From assembly GCA_023213395.1 (NCBI GenBank), contig CM041465.1:50475741-50539740 (forward strand): a DNA stretch of 64,000 nt, written 5' to 3'. Positions 25,101-39,952 of this stretch are shown one piece after another (the first letter of the stretch is position 1; each line of letters starts with the position of its first letter). Both the position numbers and the translations under genes were made by a program. The notes beneath the pieces were generated by a model that was given only the letters and a program-made list of their open reading frames with translations, ran no database searches and was not told where the DNA came from. The stretch comes from Cycas panzhihuaensis. Lineage: Eukaryota; Plantae; Cycadophyta.

Positions 25101-28100
25101 AGCCATCGTTGGGGAGCCCATTTGGTCTTGTTTGTCCTTTGATTGACATCGTTCGTTTGAGACTCTAGTTGGAATTAATGAAACTGAGCGGAATCCTGCA
25201 TGAAGTTGATGAAACCCTAGCTGCGAGGAGGGTGTGTGATTCGTAACTATTGGTGACTGCTCACAATGGTGGAGGATATAATTATGGCTGATGTGGAAAC
25301 CCTTTACGTGATGGTACTGCCTGCAAATGGAGTTGGAGTGATAGTTGTATGGAGAAAAATAAATGCAATTGAGATCCCTATGTAGAGTGGGATAACTCGC
25401 CCTAGAGATGGGAAAGAATGGAGAGCCTTGTTGTAGAGGAGATGCCTCTGTTGACTTATTGCTATTGCATGAAGAGATATATGCTTGTTTTTGTGAGGAA
25501 GCCGCCATGGTTAGCAACGAGACACCTCTCCATGTGGCAAGAGTATGCAAAAAGGAAGAGGCACCCACAATCAATGGAGACTGTGTAGTAGACGCTTGCC
25601 TGTTCATAGGTGATGGAGAGGGTCGATTATTTATAGGGTCTACGTGGAGGCGCCCAAGATCAAAGACAAGCCGCCCGAGCTATCGTATGAAGAACCTGCA
25701 TGTACAAGAGAGGCTCGGAGCCTCTCCATTGAAGGAGACCAGCCGTGTGGTAGCTTGTGGCATAGTGCTTTCCAAAGGAGATGAAGCTCCAACCTTGAGG
25801 GTTATAGAGCTGTCTTGTAAGGAAGCTACACCTAGTTCTACGCAGACAGTCGTGGATGCAATAGTATGAAGACTGCAGCCTTATGAAAGTGAAATAGATG
25901 TGCATGAATTTTGTAGACCACACAAAAAGATGGAAGATGCCCAAAAGGATGGAGATCAACCATAGAGCGTGAAGGAACTGCCAAAGATGAGACACCCAAT
26001 AGTCGCCTGTGTGGAGTAAATTGATCTGCCTATGTAGATAAGGAGATGCCCAAATGAGATGATGGCCACCCATGATTGATGCAAAGGTTTGATCAATGAT
26101 TATGTATGGGTTTAATAGTTGTCCCTTTGCTTGGATTCGTTTGTTCGAAGGTGGCAAAAATTCGATCATATATTAAAAAGTTTTGCAATGGTGTAATCAA
26201 ATTTAATTGGATTTGATATTTATTTGAAGTACACAAAGCCCCCTATGATAGCAATTGGAGCTCACATGCATTGATTGATGCGGCTAGAAACTCTAGTGAA
26301 AGGGGGCTAATTGATTTTGTTAACCAATGCTCATTTTTGAATAGCATGTTGTTACTCTTTTGACTGTAGCTTTTCACTAGGATGTCGAATTGAGGTGCCA
26401 TCAATTGCATTGGAAAGAGCACTTCGAGACAGTCAAAATGAGTGGTCGCAAGGCATGTTTTAGAAATTGCATAGTACAGATTTTCATTGGTGAGGTTCGT
26501 CAAAGTGGTTTTGACAGATGGAAAAAAAATGCAATTTTTGAGTATTTTGAGAATTGGCCTAGCATGTTTTATGATTTTAAAGGCTTATTAAGGCATGTAA
26601 TGACATAAATGATTGCTTGTTGGAAAATGAAGACAAGTTTTCATTGAAATTGTGCACATTAAGGCTCATTAATGACATCTTAAAGCTCATTTTTAATGTG
26701 GCTTAAGAGGGATGCTAGAAACTCCCTTGGATATGCTTGAGATTTGGGGTAGTGATATGAGACACTCGTCAAATAGCATTTGTGTTGCACACATGGTTTG
26801 TTTCATCACCTGGTTGATGTTAAAGGGATCTGGTACTTGGTGACACTTGGATGAAGTGTTGGTTTATTTCACTTGATATGAGACGGTGTAGTTTCATATG
26901 GTTATGCAACATGTACCAAATTATTGATAGAGAGGCAGTACTTGGAGACCACACATATGTTTGTGCAAGGTCGCCAATAGAGGCAACACATGCATGAGTG
27001 TAGATTCGTCGATAAAGGCAACACATACTAGAAAAAGTGGAAGTGTTGGTTGTAGATTTGCAGGTGGAGGATATGGAGTTGTTCAGACCTATTCGTTTGT
27101 CACATGGTTATGCTCGGTGAACCATTCTTGCATGCTTGTTCCATGGTATAGTGGATGGGGTTGAGGGCCTTCTAGCTAGGTTTGTCGACATGGGGTGTAG
27201 GAGAGCTAGAAGCAAGCATAATAGGAGTAGGAGAAAGCTACATGGGTTGATGGACCATGTACAGAGAAGGCCATTCCATCGAACTAGCTAGTGCATTGAC
27301 TTGCATTTAATCTTGAAGCAGTTTGTGAGATGGTTAAGGAGAAGATTTTATATGGCATGACATTGTGAGTCATGGTTGTAGGTGGCTGATCGGTTTCATG
27401 ACCAGTTGATTTTATGATAAGCTGATGCCTTATAATGATAGGTCACACTTGAAGGAGGCAATTATGTTTTTTAGCTTACAGGTGATGCAAGTTCCAACAT
27501 AGATGCAGAGTCTGGACTTGAAGACTTGCGGATTATACACATTAATCTACGGGGGAGATTGTTGGAATGTGGTGTTATTCACATGGTTAATGTTTAATGT
27601 TCTTCTACATTATAATATTGGTCAAAGTGACAAATGCACAATTATTAATGGTAACCTCCTGTTGGAGGCTGTAAAGGCTTTGTAATGTGATAGGCTCATC
27701 ACGAGGTGAATTGTCTTATAAATATGTATACACACACTTAAGAAACTTGAGAGTGGGAGGAGTAATTTTATTGTGCAATTAATAGAGTGGAGCTAGCTTC
27801 CAACCTTCTCCCATGGTTTTTCTAAGGTTTGGGTTTTCCATGTTTATAATTGGTGTCTTGTGGTGATGTTTATGCGTGTTTTTATATTTATCTTGATTTG
27901 GATAATGTTTGTGTATATATCCTTATGATGATATATGTTAATATTTAATATGGCATGGCAATGTTGTTGTGTATCCTAGACCTATGATTGGCTAGTGTGT
28001 CTAACAGGTGGTATGAGAACATGTTGTCCTTGTACCATGATTTAACATATTAGTAGAGTGGCCTAATAACTCAATCTACTAAATGATATTATGCATAATG

Positions 28101-28366
28101 TCTTCTATGTATCCTATTTGAAAAAGAAGATTAAAGATAAAATCACTCCCTTGACTTCTCTGCTAGAGTTAGACAAAGAAGGGCTATTCATTATGCAACC
28201 CGAGGGTGTCATTAATAGTAGGACAAAGCAGTTGTGAAATGGCCAAATCAAGGAGTACCTAGTGAAAAGGAAGGATATGGATCTTGAAGACGCAACCGGG
28301 GAAGTTGAAGTTTGATACTAGTAGAATCTGGAAGTTTTGATGCTTTGAGGGTAAAGCATCTTTCAG
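22181..28366 (+). mobile_element. Reina-like Gypsy copy D fragment (RT, integrase core, chromodomain), internally deleted and split by 23127-28047
   Basis: KIDL..GYYQ..HEGHYEFKVM.FGLTN at 22181-22300, VNKCLEGYLRCF at ~22690; host resumes at 28048 with HNVFYVSYLKK and EYLVK. Confidence 0.8.
23127..28047 (+). mobile_element. Non-autonomous LTR element (LARD-like), no recognisable gag/pol
   Basis: LTRs 23127-23596 and 27560-28047, PBS 23599-23610, PPT GGGGGAGA ~27551-27558, TSD GATTA/TATTA. Confidence 0.85.
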
Positions 28367-31300
28367 TGTTATGAATTGACATACCCGATTGGTCATGCTT
28401 ATATGCTAGAGATAGTTATTGGTCAACAAATTCAAAATATCTGAAGATATGTTGATAATTAATATTGAATGATAAAATAAAGTTACATTTGTCAGGCATA
28501 TATGTCAATAAATATTGAGGGTTGACTTATGAGATAAATAGTCACATCCTTCTATAGATAACTATTAATGTGTAATTACCTATTAATTAGGCTCACTACA
28601 AGCTCTCCCCTCTTGGAGGGATTAATCTATGAAGGCTACTTGAATGGAATAGACCTTGTGCAAGCAACATGATGTTGTATATATTTGCTAAATTCACATG
28701 TGAACTTAAATTGTAAAAGGAGTATTCAACATGTAATTCAAGAGATGCTTTTCCTGGTCATTGGTCAATTGTTTATTGAACCATGGTGTTATTGACCATT
28801 GTCTTTAGGTTTGATGCAGCCTCTGGATTTGTGAGAGTGTCAATGTATGTTCACCTTCTTTTTGGATTGCTGTTAAGATTTCCCAGGTAATCTTCCACCC
28901 AAAATTATGATTAGATAATTTGAAAGAGTTGATATGAAATGATATTTGAATCATTAAGAAGGGAGTTAACTGATAATAATTAGGTATACATGCTTTGATT
29001 TTTTGAGACTTTTGTCAATTTCCTTCTTACTCTGAATATAAAATGTAGAGACGCCCAATGAAATTCCTTCAACTTTGAGAGAGATAAAAGGGGTGGTTAC
29101 AATGATTTTGGAAATAAAGTGTCTTGGAAATATAGCTGTTGGGAAATCCTAAGGAGATAAAGGTATAATATCTTTCTCAAGTGACTGTTTATCTATGTCT
29201 CTATGTTTGTTTGATTGTTTTAGTCCTATATCGTAGTCTTCAAAACCTGATTCCCCAATATTCGTAAGCATACTATGTTTAAAACCATGTTTTTTATTGC
29301 TAGTGCCAAAAGTTGGCTCTTCACTAGATTGTCTGTTTTGAAAAGGAAGGATTTGACTAGGTATTTGTGTATCAGGTCCTTATTTGCTATTAATATTTTG
29401 TGGACTTCAGTAGTGTTCTTAGAATCAACATGGAGAATAGGACTAGAAATATGACTAAATTGCTTTTGAATTCTTTCGTTATCTTCTTCTACACACGAGG
29501 GCTATTTTTTTTTCAACCTTCCAATTATTATCCATATCTACATGTGAAGATGGTTGACTAGGCTTATACCCATATTGTCTTCTATCAGTTAGACATTTAG
29601 TGAATATGGGAGATGCAGTCCTCTTTTTTTGGGTTATCTTGCTTCCAACAACTGGCTTGTTCTTATTAGTATTTAATTCCTTTGTATGGGTATTTGTAAC
29701 TTGATTTTCTATTATTGCAAGAATTTGATTGCCTTGGTCTTGTGAAAATTTCCATAGTTTGTGATTACATTCTTGGTTATCTATCACATCCATATTATTT
29801 TCTTCTCTTTGCTACCTTTTTTTAGTGAGATTTTTTGATGTGTCTTGTTGAGTGTTTGTTAATTCTTGTTTCCTTTGTAACTACTCTTGTTCTGTTTTGG
29901 CTAATGCCAACAAGAGTGCTTCATTGAGGCCTATCAACTTCAGAGAAGACTCTAGTTTTTCTTGATACCTGAATGCATCTTCATTTTCATCTTCAATTGA
30001 CATTACTAAAGTCTTCTTTAGGATTTTCTTCAGTATCTATTATTTGTTGAGCCTATATTTTGGTTAAAATAATGGTGTCATTTTCATTTCTAAATTGATT
30101 ATTAAATGTTGTTGAAAATAGTTTTCAAGTTATTGTAGTATGACGCTTGTTTTTTTGCACTTTTGACCACTTTTTCCACTAGTTGAATGCCATTTTGTAC
30201 ATATGCAAAACAACATATAATACTTCTTCTTGATCATCTATAATGTTTTGAAGCATGATTTTTTTTTTTAAATTTTGCAACCATTTGATAGCTGATCCAT
30301 TTTGTGAAAAAACACTGAACATACATCGACATGATCTTAGTCATGCACAAAAAGCATTCAAAGAATAATATTCATGTATTTATGTGGGAAACCCTTATGA
30401 GAGAAAACCCATAGTCAAACTCACTATAGTTTTATTATATTAAAACATAGCTTGGTCTCGTAATTTGTTATGATCACTCAACCTTGGTGGGCAGGACCGT
30501 GAGGGCCTGATGCGCCTTGGTACACTCATACAATATAATTTGCATTTGTTGATATTTGCTTGACATTCAATAACTTATATGGGGTTCATATGTATAATAC
30601 CTTAAGAGGTACGTCCAACCAATGGTCACGACTCTTTGTAGTGTCATGTGACTTTTTGTTGTGTCTTGTGACTCTTCATTCTGTCTCTTCGCATCTCTTG
30701 GTTAAACCACGAGTCATTAAGCTGACATGAGGTTAGCCTTAATTGAGTTTGCTAACATCCCCCTTTAGTGTGAATGTGGGACTATAGTTTTTATTTAGTT
30801 TCATTATCACAAGTGAAAGAGGGAATTGCCCTTGCTGTCATGTCTACATTTGACACATCCCCCCTTGAGGATAATTTTGCTAAATCCAAATTGACACACT
30901 TTTGAGTCCTAGAAAACACCTTTATGCAGCTTCTTTGTATGTCGCACACCTACAAAGGTCTCCGCACCTTTGAATGGGATTGATTTCCTCTCTTCAATGG
31001 TTCCTTTTGCGTCAAACTCGTTCCATATGAGTTTTGCATCAATTTCTAGCTTTTCAAGTGGCATTTTCTACATTACATACACTTCATACATAGGTGATAA
31101 GCAGTAGTGTGGCCTCCCTTGTGTTTCAAGCAATAACACAGGGCTGCATGTGCCTTCAGTATAACCCTTTGTGGCTTTTATGTGTACCCATGCATTTAGC
31201 TACACCACAGCATGACTTCAATGTGGCGTGAATATCCGTGATGGTCTTCATAACAACAAAAATTATTTATTTTTTACTTGATGAATGAATATATGTTTGA

Positions 31301-33340
31301 ACAGGTATATATGAAGCACCTTGTTTCAATCACTTCAACACTGTTTCATCAAATTTTTAGTTCAACATACATTTGCTTGAGTGGCTTCCAGAGATTTCAC
31401 ATATCTCACTATGACCTCAACACTCTATTAGAGTACACACGGTTCACATGCAACTTCACTGACCCAATGCTTCACATGCAACTTTTGGAGCATCACACAC
31501 TTTGACTTACATGCATTAATGTGTCTTCTAATTGCTTTAGATGATTGTTAAACCCTTTTGAACGACCTTCATTTTGTTGAGAGAGTTTTACACGTTGTGA
31601 ATGGATAAATGGAGCTCCTTGCTTCAAAATGTACAGATGCAACCTCCATGATTGGCTTTCTCGAGGTTCTTGCACCAAATACGACTTCATACCTTCTTTA
31701 CACTGTTACAAGCCTTACACTGTTACAAGCTTAATTAATTAATCTAATCATTACCAAAAGGTGCCTTTGAATGGTTGCACCCATTCACCTAAAGACATTA
31801 TTTCATGCATAAAAATATGCATCCGTTGTAAATATTCAGCATCATTCATTTCTATCAATCAAATATATTTGGTCTTTTCAGTATTAATCCTTTCATGCGT
31901 ACTTGTGCTTGTGTTGTCTCTATTGGAATTAGTGATAATCTTCAAGTTACGAACAAAGGTTCGTAACAAGTGGTATTATAGTAGCATCTTGGCACTTGTG
32001 ATTGCAAAATTTATCTGCCATCAAACAAATTTGATTAGTATCAAATTCCATTCACTGTTTTGCATTTATAACCATTACCAAGTTCATCCCGATTACAACA
32101 ATTAGGCACACAATTGCAGCACAGATATTATGAGAGAGCGCCATAAATTATTGAGTGATATACTATTGACATCGGTATATTATTCAAGAGAAGTCCATTA
32201 ATTAGTTATATTATTCATAAAAGCCATCATGTTACATAGAAAACATAAATAAAAATCGTGATCAATGAATTCACTTAGATAATCAACATAGATATAATAC
32301 AAATTGTGATTGGGAGTTTATTCTACAACATGTATATCAACATCCTACCTTTGTGCCAATCAACTTGCTCTATAACACTCTAATGTAGCAATCTCCTTCT
32401 ACAAGGCATGCTTACGCCACAATAACAACTCATTGGGTATTAATAGAATTCTTGCATCATTGAAAGATCAGATAAGGCAATGCAAGTGGTGTATTTGGAA
32501 TCTCGTTAGAGCGGAGGAAGGAAATGCATAGGACGTCCCATATGATCAGGCAACAACACAACATTCAAGGCATTATCATTCCATTCCAAATAGTGCATAA
32601 GCATTATGCATTACTCGGGGTCCGATTGTAACAAGCCTTACGCTTGGATCAAGTTTGATGTTACTGTTCATTGTTAGATTTGCCATTTCATCGTTGTAGC
32701 CTACCATTTGAATTTAATTTAGTAATGCATACAATTGGAAGCCATAAACGACATAAAGAAATGAACTGCACAACATAATATATAACTCTATAATCAAACA
32801 ACTATGCATTCCTTTGTAATCAAATGAGTGACATACTAACGCCTTAATCAGTTGTTGCCTTCTACGAAGTTAAATGGTCGAATACCTCTAAGATCTTATG
32901 GTTGCGTTTTACTTGCTCGGTTTTTCTATCTTCGTATGAGTTGTGGTGAATATTACATTGTCATAGGTTTCATTTATCCTTGTATTTGTTACAACATATT
33001 TACCACAAATATCATGTCGCTTCAATCTACATTGGGCCATAGTTAAATCTCAATATTTTGTCACTGCTTCTTGTCTCTGTCATTATGTCACTGAAGTCAT
33101 CACATTTGCCATGACAAGAAAATATACACAGAGGGAAGCGGTATATAGATGTCTATAAAACAAATTGATGTGTATAATCAGCGGATATGGTATGGCCATT
33201 GATGTAGGCAAAGACTTGCGGCTTTATTATACTAACTTTTGAGCCAAGGAAATATAATTACAACCTCTGCGTATTGTAAACAATATGAACTGTATATTAC
33301 AACTGTCATATAAGGCTGAGTTGGGTTGTAATTTACCCAT

Positions 33341-36300
33341 TGTTAGCATGGTAGTTTAGTATTAAGCCCCTTGTTAATGTTATTGTGGTGGTTTAATTAT
33401 GTGATTAACAAAAAGGTGTGAGTTATGTAGAGACCTCTTGAGGGATTATAAATATCCGAGAGCCCTTGTATATTCATATCATTCAAGCGATAATCAATGT
33501 GATCGATAGATCTTTGTGGTGGGTTTTTTTTGGAAAGGGTTTCGCACGTATATCCTGTGTACTATGCAATTGTTTTCTGTGTTTATCTTGTTTGCTTGCT
33601 GTGTATGGTAAAATATTCTATGAGTGTAAACATGTATGGGTTCATTTATGTTTCTTAACATGGTATCAGAGCTGTAGGGTCGTATACAACTGAGGTTGGA
33701 GTTGCATAGAGTGATGAGATCGTAGGTTGTTGGGTGATGTCATCAAAACCCAGGATTTCTTGAGGACTTATCTTCTCCAACAGCTTGCAGGAGCAGGTAC
33801 AATGTTCAATGGTGGTTGAGGAGGTGAAATTCACCTATCAACAAGGTTAGGCATTGTTGGGGTCAAAATTCAGACTTGCAAGCCATTTTTGTAGATTAAG
33901 TTGGCTTGTTGGGGGTCATCCAAAGCTGGTTGGTAAATTGTGCATTGCCTGAGGCCAACAGAGCATGTTTTGGTGGAGATCTAATAGTAGTGAGGGTAAC
34001 CATATATCATACAAGTATGTTTGCTCTATTTTTAACAAAGTACTGCTATGTTTGGCATTGGAATTATCGTTTTGCACCTAAGAAAGTGCAATATTGTGTC
34101 CTGTTCATGAGGTTTTCTATCCTTAAGAAGGTTGTTAGGTAGTAGTAATAGCTATACCTGGATTGATTGGAGTGCATGGCTAAGTGCTAAGTATGGGCAA
34201 CTTTGTGTAAGCTTGTAGCCCTTTCTTTATCATTTGTGAGTGTGCTATTTGTCTAAGATTGGATCGACGATCTCTTGTATGATTGCTGGACTATGTGAGG
34301 TTAGTTTTTACCAACTGTGAGTGTTGGGGAAGTCCGTAAGTGCTCAGAGGACTTGCATAGGTCTTGCTGTTGTAACACCCTTTGTACATGTTAATTGGAG
34401 TTCAAAGATATCACACAAGTGACGTTTGATAAATATTTTGGTCAGTTAACCTTAGTCTATCTTTATTATGAGTTAATCTTGGATTTCAAGCATGTGCATT
34501 TAATAAACAGGCGTGTGGCCTTTGTAAACAACCGCCACTTTAGGAATATACCTTTTAGCATATTCCATATAAAGTGACCTCTTAAAACCTTTGAAACACC
34601 ATTGAAATTTTACAATTTGTATACATTGAGCATTGTAAGTCATTTTGAGATCATTATTAGAGCCATTTTTGATTGGATTTGACTTGGAGGACCGATCGTA
34701 CAAGCGCTACTATGTGATAATCTCTTTTGGGTGAAGCATATATTCTAAAGGTGTTTTGAGCTTTTTTTTTTAGCCTTTTTTTGAGCATTTTGAGAATGAT
34801 ATTGAAGCATGTTGATGAGGGGTTTACTGTTGGTGCGCAGTTTGGCTTGCATAACCATTGTTTAGTGTGCCCCAGTGGATGTGCTTGAGAAGGTGGTGAA
34901 CACAATGAAGTGGGTGTTGTCCGGGAGGATAAAGGTCTAGTAGTCCGGTAACATTGACTCTTTTTTTGAAGCCTGTTTCTTGAGAATGGATCATTTGATG
35001 CCCAAAGTTATCTTTAATGGCAACAATTTCAACGAGTGGAAGGCTAACATGGAGTTAATATTAATGGTGAATCAACTTTGGACAATAACTAAGGGGAAAG
35101 TGGATGTAATTTCGCTTAATCATAAGGAACATGTTCGACTTCATGAGAAGCAGTTCACGGCAGTCAAATTGTTGAAACTGTCACTAGTGCCATAGTAGAG
35201 GGTGTTGGTTTATAACCTTGATCAACTAGACGAAATATGGGCAATGTTGTGTGAAACTTTTAAGAAGAAGAAGACAAATAGACGTCTACTTTTAATGTTG
35301 GAGCTTCTCAATTCTACAATCAAAGATGAGACCAATATAAGTACCTACCTGAATAAAGTCACTGACTTAAAGACCAAGCTAGAGGAGTTGAAATCAAATT
35401 TGATTGATGATGCATTATTATTTGCGATAATCGTGTTGAAACTGCTTACTGCATTTTCCACTTTCTAGACTGTCTATGGCAGAAATGAGGTGATAGAGGG
35501 TGAGACATTTAATGGTATAAAGAATCTCATTCTAGCTAAGAATGCCAAGTTAAAACATCATGGGATTCTTAGAGATTTTGAATCAAGTCAAGCCTTAGTC
35601 ATAAAGACACAGAGGAGGGAGACCGTTCAAGAGGAGTTCACATAAAGGTCAGGGGAAGAGTTTCAAGAGAAGAAGAAATTCGCAGGTAAATGCAACTACT
35701 ATAAGAAGGAAGGCCATAGAGAAAAGAATTGTTGGTACAAAAGAAGTGACAAATACAAAGCTAGCAAAGATGATAAAGGAAAGAACATAGTAGCACACTG
35801 TGTCAGAGTGTCAACCTTGTCAGTCGAATCAAGTCAGACAGACTATTGGATATTGGACTCTGGAGTGTAGAAGCACATCTCTTTCTAGAAGCAAAACTTT
35901 GATGTTTGGAGTACAGATCATAGTAATGTTGAAATTATCCTTGGAGATGCTCACGCGTTACTAGTTGAAGGTGTTGGCGATGTATCCTTGGCAGATGGTA
36001 AGTTTAAAGAGGTCTATTATGTATGCAAGATACGATTGAATTTCCTTTTAGCTTGAGAAATCTATAAACAAGGAATGAAGGTTGAGCTTTATAAAGATAT
36101 ATGTCTGATTAACAATCCTAACAGATTTCTCTGTCATTGCTACTGGGAAAGTAAGAGATAATTTTTGGGTGTTTGGAAAGTTTCAATCTTAGAAGAAATC
36201 CTATGCTTTTGTTGCTAGTGCAGATGATGTGAGTAAGCTGTGGCATGATTGCTTAGGTCACCTTAATTATAAAAGCATTGCACTACTGAAAAGGTTGAAA

Positions 36301-39300
36301 ATTGTGGAAGGATTACCATTTGTTTTATGTTCAGATGGTGTATGTGCAGGGTGTATGTATGGGAGGCATCATTGCTATCCTTTTGCTTGAGACAATGCCT
36401 GGAGAGCCATGGAGAAGCTTGAGCTTGTGCATACAGACGTGATAGGACCACTCTCGAACCTTTCAATATCTTGAGTTTGATATACCTTAGTGTTTATAGA
36501 TGACTATGCTATGAAGGCCTGGGTGTATTTTCTAAAGAACAAGTCAGATGTGTTTGATCGCTTTCGTGATTGGAAAGCATGTGTTGAAAATGAATGTGAT
36601 AAAAAAATTAAAATATTGAGGAGTGATGATGGCAGGGAATACGACACTCATGTATTTAATTAGTTTTGTTGGGATCATGGTATAAAACATGAGTTGATAG
36701 TCCTCTATATCCCACAATAAAATAGTGTTGGAGAGAGTAAAAATCATACCATGATGGAGATGGCAAGGTGTATGGTGCATTCGAAAAACTTGCCACCGAT
36801 GCTTTGGAAAAAAACTATAGCGATTGTTGTTTATATTCTAAACAAAGTACCCACTCAAGCAGTTCTAAGCATGACCTCTGAAGAGAAATAGACAGGTCGT
36901 AAATATGTTATTTATCATTTAAAAATATTTGGGTGCATAGGATATGCATGCATCATAGACGAAGGTCGCAAGAGTTTGAAGTGTATATTTGTGGGGTATT
37001 TTGATCAGAATAGAGCTTATAGACTATGGGATCCGCAGAGGAGAAAGATTGTGATTAGTCAGATGTTAAATTTGATGAGTCATTGACGTATCATGTTGAA
37101 AAGTAATGAGAAGAGCCTTTTTACCCCCCACTACTTCCATTTTCAAATTCAACAGTTGAAGAGGACGATGAGCTAATCTTTGGAATTCAAGAGGAAGTTG
37201 GAGCGAGTAATAGTGAGGAGCCATCATGTGAAGAATTACCTACAACACCAAGTCCTTCTATACTGTTATGGACAAAGAAGGTGATAGAGGATTCCAGAGT
37301 GGCGATGTAGAACCTTGCTGATGACAGAAGAACAAAAAACCAGCATGCTAATCAGAATTTGTTGGTAGATACCAATAACTTCGGTGATCGTATTTCGTAT
37401 GATGAAGCAAAGGACGATCCACGATGGAGAGCTGTGATGGAGGACGAGTATTGCTCAATTATGAAGAATGCCACATGGGATTTGGTTCCACTACCTTTGA
37501 ATTTGAACCTAGTTGGATGTAAGTGAGTCTACAAGACAAAATTTTGCTCCAATGGAGAGGTGGACGAGTACAAGGTTAGGCTTGTCGCTTAAGGTTTTAA
37601 GCAAAAAGAAGGAATTGATTATGAGGAGACATTTGCACCGGTCTCCAAGATAATGACGGTTCGATTAATCTTTTTCTTAGTAGCTGCATATGGTTGGGAA
37701 TTACACCAAATGGATGCTAAGTCCACATTTCTTAATGGAGATCTAAAGGAGGAGATTTATATGTTGCAACCTTAGGGATTCATTAAGAAAGGCTAGGAGC
37801 ATCTTGTGTGCCATTTGAAAAAATCACTCTATGGCATGAAACAAGCATCCCGTGCTTGATATGAGAAGATCAACGTCAAGTTGAAGGAAGAAGGATTTCT
37901 TGTTATAGATCTGGACCCAAATCTGTATGTGAAAAAGAGTAGGACCTCAATAGTAGTTATTGTGTTGTATGTGGATGATTTACTTATCGGAGGCTACTGT
38001 AATAAGACTATTGTAAGAGTCGGGTCTAACTTGGGAGCTACCTTTGATATGACAAACCTCAGGCCATTATGTTATTTCTTGGGTATTGAAGTTAGGCAGA
38101 TGGAAGATCAAATCATGTTGTTGTAGACATAGTATGTGAAGAACCTACTGGAGAAGGTCAAGATGCGGGATTACAAGCCGATTGCAACACCATGTGCTAA
38201 AGGCACAAAGCTGTGGAAAGACATGGCCAAACTCTCTGTAGATGGAACATTGTACCATAAGTTGGTAGGGAGTCTAATCTATTTGACTCATACTAGACTA
38301 GATATCGCTTATCTTGTTGGATTGGTTTCCTGATATATGTAGAATCTTTAGCAACCACATTGGGTTGTAGCAAAGCAGATTCTAAAGTACTTGAAAAGGA
38401 TACTTAATCTTAGTCTTGAATACCTTTGTGGTGAAGAGTTAAAGTTGTATGGTTACACTAATGCTGATTGGGGAGGAGACCTTGATGATCGGAAATCCAC
38501 TGCTAGATACATCTTTGGTGTCAGTAATGGATTTGTTTCGTGACAATCAAAGAAGCAATAAACAATGGCGTTATCTTCTACAGAGGCAGAATGTCAAGGA
38601 CTCAGTGTTGGTGCAAAAGAAATTGTATGGTTACAAGGTCTCTTGAAGTATCAAATGGAAACCCGATTATTTTTGTTGATAATTAGAGTACTATCTGCTT
38701 GTAAAAGAATCTAGAGTTTCATGCTTGTACGAAGCACATTGAAATACAACACCACCATATCCAGGAACAAATTGGATCAGGGAAGCTGCATGCAGGCTAT
38801 TGCCTGAGTGAATATCAATTTGTAGACATCTTCACCAAAGCGCTTACTGAAAATCAATTCACAAAGATGCGTACTGGATTGGGACTCATAGGAGTTATCC
38901 TTGAGGGGGATGCATCGACAAGGGTAAAGAAGTAGGATAGTCCAAGCCTTCATAATAATTAAACTGCTTAAGGTTCTCCACATTCACATTAAGGAGGGAT
39001 GTTAGCGTGGCGGTTTAATATTAAGCCACTTGTTAATGTTAATGTGATTAACAAAAAGGTGCAAGTTATGCAGAGAGTCGCAACCTTTAAAGGTTGATAC
39101 CTCTTGAGGGATTATAAATATCCTGTAGCCCTTGTATATTCATATCAGTCAAGCGGTAATCAATGTGATCGATAGATCTTTGTGGTGGGTTTTTTTTCCG
39201 AAAGGGTTTTCCACATATATCTTGTGTACTGTGCAACTGTTTTATGTGTTTATCTTGTTTACTTCTTGTGTATGAGTGTAAACATGGATGAGTTCATTCA

Positions 39301-39312
39301 TGTTTCTTAACA
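33341..39312 (+). mobile_element. Complete but decayed Ty1/Copia element
   Basis: LTRs 33341-33660 and 39000-39312, perfect TSD CCCAT, PBS TGGTATCAGAGC 33661-33672, PPT 38991-38999. Confidence 0.95.
34986..38927 (+). pseudogene. Copia gag-pol, decayed
   Basis: FNGNNFNEWK gag, WILDSG protease, LVHTDVIGP integrase, HQMDAKSTFLNG and YVDDLLI RT, GYTNADWG RNase H. Confidence 0.9.
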
Positions 39313-39867
39313 CCCATCGTATTGTTTCTTGGGCCTATAAGCAAGCACCTATAATACCCTATATAATTGTCGTTTGCATAGGCCTTGGTCACCTACCTCC
39401 ACAAGTTGTGATGTCTAAAGTTCCAGTCACCTTTGCACTAATATCTCAAGGACTGTCACTGAGTTGAGCAACTGTCCAAAATAAAAAATGTTGGCAACAT
39501 TATTATCATAAGCAATAATAATAATAGCATTATTATCAACCACATATTATTATTGATATAGACATTGGATTCTCTTATATAAGGCACCATATCATCAACA
39601 AACCATAGTATCATGACAAGCTACAATATCGTATTATCATTGCTATATTGACTATTGACTTGTCGTGGTGTGAATAATATAGATTGGGTGAAATATATTG
39701 AATAATATAGCTTGGGCGAATTATATAGATTGACTCACATTATATGTTAACTGATCTTCGTGTACCATTGGTGGCAGGAAATGTTCATCCACCCTCTTGT
39801 AGGAAACATATGCCTACCTTTGCACTAAATCATAGAGAATACAAAGTATAAATGAGAACAAAACATG

Positions 39868-39870
<3 letters not shown>

Positions 39871-39952
<82 letters not shown>
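39871..39952. repeat. Compound microsatellite (AT)25(AGAT)8
   Basis: Direct reading. Confidence 0.98.

Noticed and set aside
33661-33672. tRNA-like TGGTATCAGAGC sequences
   Set aside because: These are primer-binding sites complementary to the tRNA-iMet 3' end, not tRNA genes.
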